From NCBI GenBank assembly GCA_033442325.1, contig JAWQFM010000016.1, forward strand, positions 378,097 through 442,096: DNA of 64,000 bases, given 5' to 3'. Position 1 is the first letter of the stretch. The number at the start of each line of letters is the position of its first letter. Made by a program: the position numbers and the translations under genes. Shown here piece after piece: positions 21,670 through 32,493 of the stretch. The notes beneath the pieces were generated by a model. That model saw nothing but the letters and a program-made list of their open reading frames with translations. It was not told the origin of the DNA and made no database searches. This DNA comes from Salpingoeca rosetta. Lineage: Eukaryota > Protista > Choanoflagellata.

Positions 21670-22288
21670 TCAGTGCTTCTGGGCTCCCCCCTTCTCACTC
21701 CCCTTCCGCTCGCTGCTGCTGCTTGCTGTTTCCTTTGGAACGGGGATGTCGCCGGAGAGGACGGTGCGCTTACCGAGGTTGGCAAACGCATCGGCGTGCA
21801 GGCGCTCTGCGATTACGTCTGCGTGGATGCCGCGGTAGTTGCGCGGGATGAGCGGCGCGAAGAAGCCCATCACCCCCTTGGCAATGGACTCCCCCGTGCG
21901 GGACTCGTTGCGCTTGCCGAAGATAACGCTGGGCTCGAGGATGGAGACGTTGGGCACGTCTTTGGCAAGGACAAGCTGCTCCATCTCGCCCTTGAGGCGC
22001 GTGTACGCGAACTTGCTGCGTGCGTTGGCACCCATGCTGCTGACGACGCCAAGGTAGCTTGCGCCGGCGTCAGCCGCCCACTGCGCGCACTTGTCTGGCA
22101 GGCCGACCTCGATGGCCGTGTATTTCTCAAGGTCGGGCGTCTTCTTGCGTGTGGTTCCCGTGCAGATGTACACGTGGTCCACGTGCTCGCCTTTTGGCAG
22201 TGCCTCAACCACATCCGCGTTCACGGGGTTGACCAGCTTCTCTGTGGCGCCCTCAAGCTGTGTGGGTATGAGAGAGAGAGAGAGAGAG

Positions 22289-22339
<51 letters not shown>

Positions 22340-22558
22340 ATGGGTCACTTGTAACAATGTGGAGATCATGTGTTAAAGCCATCAACAAACACACACCACA
22401 CACCACACCTGGAGGGGCCGGCGGGTTGGGGCAATGATGCGGGAGTAGCGGGCATCCGCGAGCAGCTTTGGCAGCAGCATGGAGCCCACCAGGCCCGTCG
22501 CTCCTACGAGCACCGCCACCACCTTCTTGTCGCCCGACATCGCAGCATCATCCGTCAT
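21670..22558 (-). CDS. TIP30/HTATIP2 (YraR-like) atypical SDR NAD(P)-binding oxidoreductase; exons 22558-22409 and 22257-21670
   Basis: Rossmann motif VLVGATGLVGSMLL; YICTGTTRKK, VVSSMGANARSKFAYTRLKGEME and SILEPSVIFGKRNESRTGE are typical of the TIP30/CC3 family. Phase-0 GT..AG intron. Confidence 0.85.
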
Positions 22559-22724
22559 TGTTGCTTCGCTCGCTCGTCCTGCTTGCTCTGGTGTTGCTCG
22601 GTTGTCCTCAATTGTGGAATGTTTGAAGGTGTGGTGGCGATTCTTCCCAACTGCTTGTCGTTTTTCGCGTTCCATCCATCGCTGCGAACCAAGTGCGTGC
22701 GGCGTGCAGGTGAGAGTGGTGATA

Positions 22725-23546
22725 ATGATGGAACAGACGAAGCAGCAGGAGGCGGAGAAGCAGCAGGTGGAGGGCGTGGCGGCATTGAACATACAACAAG
22801 ACAGCACAGACGACGCAAGTATCATGCCGCCATCGAAGGAGCAGCAGCCCGCAGCGGAGGAAGCGCCTCAGCATGGCGCTGTTGCGGTGAGCGCGCGGCG
22901 ATCCCTGACATTGGACCTTGAGCTGCGACCGGTCAAGGAGGCAGACACCGCAGAACAGCTGCTTCCCTTGCTTGAGCAGCTTTCCACCGTTGGCGACGTC
23001 CCCCCACAGTTCTTCAAGTATGTGTTGTGTGCTGTGCGTGTGTGTTGTGTGTGTTATGTGTGTTGTGTGTGTGTGTGTGATGTGTGTGATGTGTGTGTAT
23101 GTGTGTGTGTGTGATGTGTTGTGTGTGTGTGTGATGTGTGTGATGTGTGTGATGTGTGCGATGTGTGTGATGTGTGTGTGTGTGTGCAAACCTGCACAGA
23201 AACACGTGCTTTGGGTGCTACGTCTCTCTGTGTGCGCACGGCTGCCATGACTTTGGCGTGTCGGAATCGTCAACCAACCAACCAACTTATCCTCCTATCC
23301 CTGCTGTCTGGTGGTGCTGAAGGGTGCGACAGGAGGCCGTGCTGCAGGATGAGAACACAATCATGGTCGTCATCGAAGACTTGCGGGCAAAGAAGCTCGT
23401 TGGCTGCGGTACCATCGTGAGTTGGCGTGCAGCACACGCGCGCATGACAGGCGTGCATGACAGCTATGCGCTGCACCACACTCAATGCTGCACTTCTTGT
23501 TCGCTGTTGCATGTGCCCTCGCGCACGTTGACCTGTCTGCAATGCG

Positions 23547-23610
<64 letters not shown>

Positions 23611-23782
23611 CTCGTTGAGCCAAAGTTTATCCACGCTGGCGGCTTCGTTGCCCATCTTGAAGACCTCGTCATCGAGCGCGGCCTGCGATCAAAGGGTATG
23701 TGGGGATTGTGCGCTCGTGACTGCCGGTGTGTGTGTGTGTGTGTGTCTGTGTGTGTGTGTGTGTGTGTGTCTGTGTATGTGT

Positions 23783-23814
<32 letters not shown>

Positions 23815-23971
23815 CTATCTCTTGCTGTCTCAGTTCTCGTGCTGGTTGACGCGTCCTGTCTTTTTGTGCAATCGTGTGCGGCAGGCCTTGGGAGCTGGAT
23901 TGTCAACAGTCTCATGAAGGTGGCCGAGGAGCGTGGATGCTACAAGGTGCGCTGACGCCTGCGTGTGTGCA

Positions 23972-24005
<34 letters not shown>

Positions 24006-24331
24006 TGTGTGTGTGTACTCTGTGCTCAAAGTCTCATTGTCGTGCATCTGCCTTGCTTTCTCGTCTCTGCTTCTGCCTTTTACCACTCCTCCTTCTCTCC
24101 TTCTTACCCTCGCCCTCTCGTGCACACACGCGCACGCACATACACACGCGTGCACGTCGCCAACGCGCTGCAGATGCTGGTTGACTGTTCAGAGGAGAAT
24201 GTGCCCTTCTACAAGAAGAACAACTTCAAGCACAAGGGCACGTGCATGACACTCTACTTCCCCGAAACTGCCGCATCAGGCCAACTTCGACACATCCAGG
24301 TATGGTGTGTGTATGTGCGTGTGTGTATGTG

Positions 24332-24389
<58 letters not shown>

Positions 24390-25384
24390 CGTGTGTGTGT
24401 GTGCCTGTGTTCGTGTCCATTTGTTTGCTTTTGCTGACTGCCTCGCACACACACACACACCCACCAATCGCTGCCATTGCCTTTCGTCAGGTCGCACCGG
24501 AGGACTTTAGGGACGAGTTCGTCGTGCGTCAGCTCCACATTGACGACATCAAGAAGTGAGCATGCTCGAGAGTATCGGTGTCTGTTTGTGTATCTGTGTG
24601 TGTGTGTGTCTGTCTGTCTGTCTATCTGTGCGCGTGTGTGTGTGTGTGTCTGTCTGTCTATCTGTGCGTGTGTGTGTGTGTGTGTCTGTGTGTGTGTGTG
24701 TCTGTGTGCTTTCGTTTACTCTTAACCCCGCCACCAGCTGTACACCATCACCATCACCATCACCAGTACCATCACCAGCACCATCACCATCACCATCACC
24801 ATCACCATCATCATCACCATCACCATCATCATCACCATCACCATCACCATCACCATCACCACCGTTGCCACCATTACCACACTGGCAGGGGCTACCTTGA
24901 GCTGCTGGCGCAGTTGACGGTGGTGGGCAATGTTCCTGCGGACGTGTGCGCGCGCCGCATCGCACAGGCGGAACGCAACAACTGCTTCTTCATCGTCATC
25001 GAACACAAAGAAAAGGTTGGCCTGCTGTTGCCGCTTGAGTGCTCGTTTGATGTGGCTTGTTTGGTTTGTTCGTTGAGTTTATTCGCTCTGTGTCTGTCTG
25101 TCTGTGTGGTTGGTGCCTGCTTCCCTTTGCAGTCATCTCATCGTCATCACCATCATCATCACCACCACCACCACCACCACCACCGCCTCCACCATCACCA
25201 CCACCATCATTGTCACCGCCGCCACCATCATGAAGGGCCAGATTGTCGGGGCGGGAACGCTGCTGGTTGAGCAGAAGTTCATCCGCAGCGCGGGATTCGC
25301 GGGCCATCTCGAAGACGTTGTTGTCGACGCCGCAATCAGAGGTGGGGAGGGGGTGATGGATGGGGCGTGTGCGTGTGTGTGTGC

Positions 25385-25437
<53 letters not shown>

Positions 25438-25783
25438 TGTGTGTGTGCGTTGGTATTTGACGTTTGGTTGCATTTCGTTACTCGTGTAATTGCAACTCCT
25501 CCGCAACGCCCCCACACACGCACAAATACGCCCACTTGCGCAAACGCTCACCCAACGCTCATGCTTCCTTCTCCATGCCTGCTTCAACCCCCTTCGCTCC
25601 CCACTCCCTACTCCAGGCAAAGGGCTTGGCACAAAGATTATTTCGTATCTGACGGAACTGGCGCGGAAAGTTGGCTGCTACAAGTGCATCTTGGACTGTG
25701 ACGACCACAACGTGCCGTTTTACGAGTACTGTGGCTACAGCAAGGGCCACTCGCCCGCGTTTATGGCAAAATACTTTGAGTGA
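22725..25783 (+). CDS. GNPNAT1: Glucosamine-6-phosphate N-acetyltransferase with two tandem GNA1 domains (multi-exon)
   Basis: Domain 1: [40 protein letters not shown]|[13 protein letters not shown]. Domain 2: [58 protein letters not shown]. The two are joined in frame by ...LRHIQ|VAPEDF... Confidence 0.88.
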
Positions 25784-25812
25784 TGAGCTGAGTTGTAGCG
25801 TGTGTGTTGTGT

Positions 25813-25852
<40 letters not shown>

Positions 25853-26109
25853 GTAGTTTGGGTGTTGTATTTTGGTTGTGTGTGTATGCATATGTGTGTG
25901 TGTGTCGTAATCAAACTTCGAGACACAAGGAGAAAGGGAGAGGAGACGTGATATTGTGTATCTTGTTGCTGTTGTTGTTTGTTGATTGAGGACCACACGC
26001 GTGTGCGTACACGTGTTTGTCGTCAAACGTGTATGATCACCATTACATGCCTGCAGCGTGGATTGATGGCGTGAATTGTCACTCAAGCGTGTCGGCGTCC
26101 CGAGCGCGT

Positions 26110-26213
<104 letters not shown>

Positions 26214-26451
26214 ACAACAACAACAAGTGTTGCAAATTGCATTAGCCCATCACAGGTGCAATTTGCAACGCATCGGTGACGCAATTTCCGCTGCTGTCAG
26301 TGGGCAATACAGGCACCACCTTTCGTGTCACCATTCTTTCATTCACATCACCGCTCCAAGCAAGCAAGCACAGCGACCACTCGCTCTCCCCCATCGCAAG
26401 CCTTGCGAGAGACTATCGGCCACCTTCACCCTCACCCCTGACAAGCAAAAG

Positions 26452-26602
26452 ATGGCGCAGCCAACCAAGAAGGCCAAGGTTGCTGGCAATGTGTTCAACC
26501 ATGACGAGAAGACCCCAGCCGTGAAGCAGGCCGGTGAGTGTCAGTGTGCCTGTGTGTTTGTTGTGTTTGTGTTGCTTTGCATTGTGTGCGTGTGTGTGTG
26601 TG

Positions 26603-26645
<43 letters not shown>

Positions 26646-26715
26646 ATGTGTGTATCTGGTAGCTGGTCACTCCATCAGTCCCCCCCCCCTCGCCCTCGCC
26701 CTCCCCCCCCCCACC

Positions 26716-26750
<35 letters not shown>

Positions 26751-27352
26751 TCTCTTTGTTTCCTCCCTTCCCATGCCTTCCTCTATTCCTCCTCATCTGA
26801 TGACACCAACCACATGCACCGCACAGGCAACGGCCTCGTGGAGCAGGATGGCCTCAAGGTAAGCTTCCCGCTTGCGCCTCCGTTTTGAACGACTATCCCT
26901 GTCACGGCGGCTGAGTTTCGCATCTTGCATCCATCAGCCTACGCTCCCTGCTTACAACGCTGCTCACGCATTGTGCCCCCCCCCCTTCCCGTCTCCTTCT
27001 CCTCGTTCTTCACCTCCTCTTTCTCGCATCACCTTGTGCAGTACTTCACTGGCTTTGGAAACGAGTTTTCGTCGGAAGCCATTGAGGGCGCCCTGCCCAT
27101 CGGCCAGAACACGCCGCAGCAGTGCGCGTACGGCCTGTACGCGGAGCAGCTCTCCGGCACGGCCTTTACGCGCCCGCGCTCCCACAACCAGCGCAGCTGG
27201 CTCTACCGTATCCGCCCCGCCGTGGTCCACGATGCCTTCAAGAAGGTGGGAGTTGTTGTGTTTGTTTGTTCGTGTGTGTGTGTGTCTGTCTGTCTGTCTG
27301 TGATTGTTTGTTTGTGTGTGTGTATGTCTGTCTGCCTGCCTGTCTGTCTGTT

Positions 27353-27383
<31 letters not shown>

Positions 27384-27577
27384 GTGCACGGAGAGTTTTG
27401 GACCATGCCCTGCACGAACGCGCGCACACAAACACAAGCATGTGGATTTGCTTCTCACGCGATCGTGGCTTTGTTTGTGGTTGCTGTTGCTCTGCTGCAT
27501 GATAGGTGGACGTGAACAACATCAACCAGAAGTGGGGCGAGTGCGAGGGTGACCCCAACCAGGTGAGCCACAATGGG

Positions 27578-27650
<73 letters not shown>

Positions 27651-28315
27651 TGTGTGTGCACACGCCTTTGTGTTTGCTCTTGATCCACACCAGACGCAAC
27701 CACGCACAAACCCCACACATGTGCTCACCCCAACCCCCAACCCCTACCCCCCCCTCTTTCCCTCCGTTCAGATGCGGTGGAGCCCGTTCCCGCTGCCCAA
27801 GGACGGCGAGCGCGTCAACTTTGTCCAGGGCCTGGCGACGGTCGCCGGCGCCGGTGATCCGTGCATGCGCAGTGGCATGGCCATCCACGTGTACGCCTGC
27901 AACGCCAACATGGACAACTGCTGCTTCTACAGCTCCGACGGCGATATGCTCATTGGTGGGAAAGGGGGCATGACGTCTGTATTCGCGTATTTGGGTGATG
28001 ATGATGGTGATGATGATGGTGATGATGATGGTGATGATGATGGTGGTGGTGGTGGTGGTGGGTTGTAGATCTTGTGTGCGTGTGTGGGTGTGTGGGTGTG
28101 TGGGTGTGGGTGTCTGTCTATCTGTCTGTCTGTCCGTCCGTCTGTCCGTCCGTCCGTCAGGTTTTCTGTCTCCATGTGCTCACACGCCATCTTCATCACC
28201 ACCGCCAACCAAATCATCTTGCGTGTGTGACTGCCAGTTCCCCAGCTGGGCACGCTGCACATCACGACCGAGTTTGGCGAGATGAACGTCTGCAACAACG
28301 AAATCTGCGTCATTC

Positions 28316-28361
<46 letters not shown>

Positions 28362-28529
28362 TANNNNNNNNNNNNNNNNNNNNNNNNNNNNNNNNNNNNN
28401 NNNNNNNNNNNNNNNNNNNNNNNNNNNNNNNNNNNNNNNNNNNNNNNNNNNNNNNNNNNNNNNCGTGTGCTGTCTTTACTTGCAGTGTGCTATTCTTATA
28501 CCCCCACTAATGCGGTATTCTCAAACACG

Positions 28530-28590
<61 letters not shown>

Positions 28591-28769
28591 GCCGATGTGG
28601 TTTTGTGACCCGCTGCTTGCGAAGTACCTTTCTGTTCACAGTTTCCTACGTTGCATGTGCTCGTGGTTCCCCTGCATCTCACATCATCACCATCACTGTC
28701 ACTGTCCCCAGGGGCTACATCAGCGAGATCTTTGGCAGCCACTTCCAACTGCCAGACCTCGGCCCAATC

Positions 28770-28809
<40 letters not shown>

Positions 28810-29080
28810 TGTGTGTGTGTGTGTGTGTGTGTGCGTGTGTTTGTGTGTGCTTGTGAGGATAAGGGTTTCGTGCTGTCTTCATCGCGATTACACACTGTGT
28901 TCACAATGACCACCATCACTGCCGCCGCCGCCGCCGCCGCTGCCGCCGCTGCTGCTGTATCAGGTGCCAACGGCCTTGCCAACCCGCGGGATTTCCTGAC
29001 GCCAATCGCCAAATACGAGGACGTGGATGGTGATTTCACCGTCTACAACAAATACCAGGGGCAAATGTTCTCCGCAAAGC

Positions 29081-29145
<65 letters not shown>

Positions 29146-30673
29146 CATTTCTGTCGCTATGTGCACTCAGGTCCAGAGCATCAGCCTTCGTGTGTGTCTG
29201 CGTATGACTTTCTCTTTCTTCTGTTTTATGCATCTCCATGATACTTCTATTCCATCCCTTCCGTTCATCCGCACTCCAAACACCACCAGGACCACTCCCC
29301 TTTCGACGTGGTTGCGTGGCACGGGAACTACGCGCCGTACAAGTACGACCTCGCAAAGTTTGCCGTCGTCAACTCTGTCTCCTTTGACCACATGGTAAGC
29401 GCTGCTGTGCGTGTTTGTTTGTTTGGTTGTGTGTGTGTGTGTCTGTGTGTCTGTGTCTGTCTGTGTGTCTGTGTCTGTGTCTGTCTGTGTTTGTGTTTGT
29501 GTTTGTGTGTGTGTGTCTTGCTTGCGTTCGTCCCTGTTCACCTCATCCCCCAAATTGTTCCCCCCCCCACATCAACACATGAGCATGAGATGCTCATGCA
29601 TCACCTCACACCCACATGCCGCTTGTCTCCTTCCTTCTCCCCACGCCTCCTCTTTTGTCATGTGTTCAGGACCCATCCATCTTCACGGTGCTGACGGCGC
29701 CAACACCAACACCGGGCCTTGCCCTGATTGACTTTGTCATCTTCCCGCCCCGCTGGTCTGTGCACGAGCATACGTTCCGCCCGCCCTACTACCACCGCAA
29801 CTGCATGGCCGAGTTTATGGGGCTCATTCGCGGCCACTATGAGGCAAAGGCAGAGGTGCGGTTCATTGATTTGGTCGAAGTGTGCATGTGCGTGTGGGGG
29901 GGGGAGCGGAGGCAGACGCAAGGATATGATGTCCTGGGTCATTTCCTGTCCTTTCATGTTTCCTTGCTGTGTTTACAACACTCATCTTCACCACTGCACC
30001 ACTTGCGCCACTGCACCACGACCGCCTCCATCACCTCATCCCAACACCTACCACCACCACCTTCCAACCATCCGCCCCTTTTCCCAGGGCTTTGCGCCTG
30101 GCGGTGCGACGCTGCACAGCATGATGACTCCACACGGGCCCGACCGCCAGTGCTTTGAGTCTGCCAGCAGCGCCGAGCTCAAGCCAGAGGTCATTGCAAA
30201 GGGAACACAGGCATTCATGTTCGAGACTAGCCTGGGCCTCAAGGTACGCACTGTGTGCGTGCGTGCGTGTGTGTGTGTGTGTGTGTGTGTGTTGTGTTGT
30301 GTGTGTGTGTGTGTGTGTATGATTGTCGCTCTATCTGGCTGTCGATGTGCAAGTCGTCCCCCCCCCCACCTTCCCTTGCTCTCCTTGTTACCCACTTCGT
30401 GTGCCCTCACCTTACACACTGTTTCTCTTCATTGCCGTTCAGACAACCCCGTGGGCTGCCACGTGCGGCGCCCGCCAAGAGGACTACCACGCTGTACGTT
30501 GTCTGCCCATTGGTGGTGGTGGTGGTGGTGGTGGTGGTGGTGTTGACGTGCGCTGCCTGCCCATGTGGCCAACGCTTCGCCCATTTGATCGATGCCTCTC
30601 CTCACACACATCGCACAAACACGGGCAGGTGTGGCGCGGTCTGGACAAGCACTTCAAGCCGCCATCGAAGTAA
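26452..30673 (+). CDS. HGD: Homogentisate 1,2-dioxygenase (multi-exon; one short exon apparently in the N gap)
   Basis: [78 protein letters not shown]; Fe-ligand region [16 protein letters not shown] and [10 protein letters not shown]; AFMFET. Confidence 0.97.
28364..28463. other. Assembly gap (100 N)
   Basis: Run of N inside HGD, directly after a (TG)n tract. Confidence 0.99.
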
Positions 30674-30878
30674 ACTCGAGCGGGATGATTCCCATGAAGA
30701 ACACATTGAAACCCATGGGCGACTTGACCTGCACACATACACACACACGCGCGCGTGTCGTGCTGCTCGTTGCTGTTTGTCTTGTTTGTCTTGCGTTGGA
30801 TGTGATGTGATTGTGACATGAAACAACTTGTGCCACGTTCATCTCATCTCACTGAAATCCGGACAAGCAACAACAAAG

Positions 30879-31002
30879 ATGGGAATGGGCGTGGTGTGGA
30901 TGGTGTTTGCTGCGCTGTGTTGGGGAGGCACCAACCCCCTCTTGAAGGACGGAGTACAAGGTTGCAGTGTGTGTGTGTGTGTGTGTCTGTGTGTGTCTGT
31001 GT

Positions 31003-31039
<37 letters not shown>

Positions 31040-31056
31040 TGTTTGTGTTTTTGGGT

Positions 31057-31135
<79 letters not shown>

Positions 31136-31849
31136 ATTTGTGTACGTGTGTACATGTGTGTGCGTGTGCACGTGTGTGCATGCGTGTGTGCGTGTGCACG
31201 TGTCGGCCTATCTGTCTGCCCACCTGTGCGTCTGCATGTCTGTCTGTGACCATTCCCCCCCCCCCCGGTCCTCGCTGCACGTACGGCCCTGCTTGTGCCA
31301 CGTCCTCCTTCCTGCCTTCCTTCTTTCCCTTTGCTAGTGTTCTGGTTTCATCTCCTCATTGATGGTTGTGTCTACGGTTTCAAACAGGCTTCGATCGCGT
31401 ACACGGCTCGCTGTGGCAACGACTTCTGTTCCTCGCGCGCCGATGGCGCTTTGTGGTGAGTGCCTACGTTGATATCGTGACCACAGTGTGGTCTTCAGGC
31501 TGCCCCCTAGGCACCATCACCCACTCACTCACTCACTCACTCACTCACTCACTCACTCACTCACTCACTCACTCACTCACTCACTCACTCACTCACTCAC
31601 TCACTCACTCACTCACTCATGCAGGTACCCTTTGGTGTGAACCAGTGCGGATCGGTCTTCTTCGCCATGAGCATTGCTTCAAGTCCGCTTGGCGCAGCGG
31701 CAACTGTTGTCAATGCCCTGACCTTCCTCTTCACGGCCATCGTGGATGCCATCCTTGGGCACCGCCTCCTCCTTTCTTGGCGCCTGGTCGCCGGCACTGC
31801 CCTTGTTCTCTTTGGCGCACACCTCACACTCACAGCTGCACCCACGTGA
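30879..31849 (+). CDS. TMEM234: TMEM234-like small multi-pass membrane protein (DMT/EamA-related), 3 exons
   Basis: AALCWGGTNPLLK, WRFV|VPFGVNQCGSVFF and VVNALTFLFTAIV match the TMEM234 signature motifs (WGxTNP, PFxxNQxGS, NSLxFxFT). Confidence 0.88.
31522..31619. repeat. (CACT)n tetranucleotide microsatellite ending just before a TMEM234 3' splice site
   Basis: About 24 CACT units followed by ...catgcag. Confidence 0.95.
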
Positions 31850-32493
31850 CACTCATTATGCTTGCTCATCGTGCATCTGTGTATCTACGTTTGCGTGCCC
31901 TTCTATCCTCTACACACACGCACACACACAGACACGCACACACACGCACACACGCACACACGCACACACGCACGCGCACTGCGACGATGCTGTGCATTGG
32001 TTACTCCTTCCCTGCATCTCACCCATTCTATTGTCCCCTTTGTTTGTCGCAGGTCACACCCAAGCGCTGCGTTACGTTACATTATTACATCAAGCTTTAC
32101 TTTGTCTGAAGTACTGTCTCGAAGCATGTCCCACACTATGAAGAAGAAGTTGACGATGAAACGCATGCATACAAGCTCCCAAAGACTCTCTTGTCAGTCG
32201 CATCCACGCACGCCTATGAAGCCCTGAACACAAACAAACGACCTCGCTCCCTCGACACGCAACTTACGACACACAACACACACGACACAACGCACAACCC
32301 AACACACACACACACACACACACATATCGCACGACACAACAAACAGCATACACACAGACATATCACACACACACACGCGACACACCAACACAACACCAAC
32401 ACATACACTCCTTCCCTATGTCTCTGTTCCCCCTCAACTCTCGAACCTCAACACGAACAACACATACGTAATGCCATGCATCCTTCACGCTCA

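Noticed and set aside
31847-32230. Possible extra TMEM234 exon after the acceptor-like tttgtcgcag at ~32052
   Set aside because: TMEM234 is already complete at the 31849 stop and the downstream frames show no recognisable homology; at most a 3' UTR intron or minor isoform.
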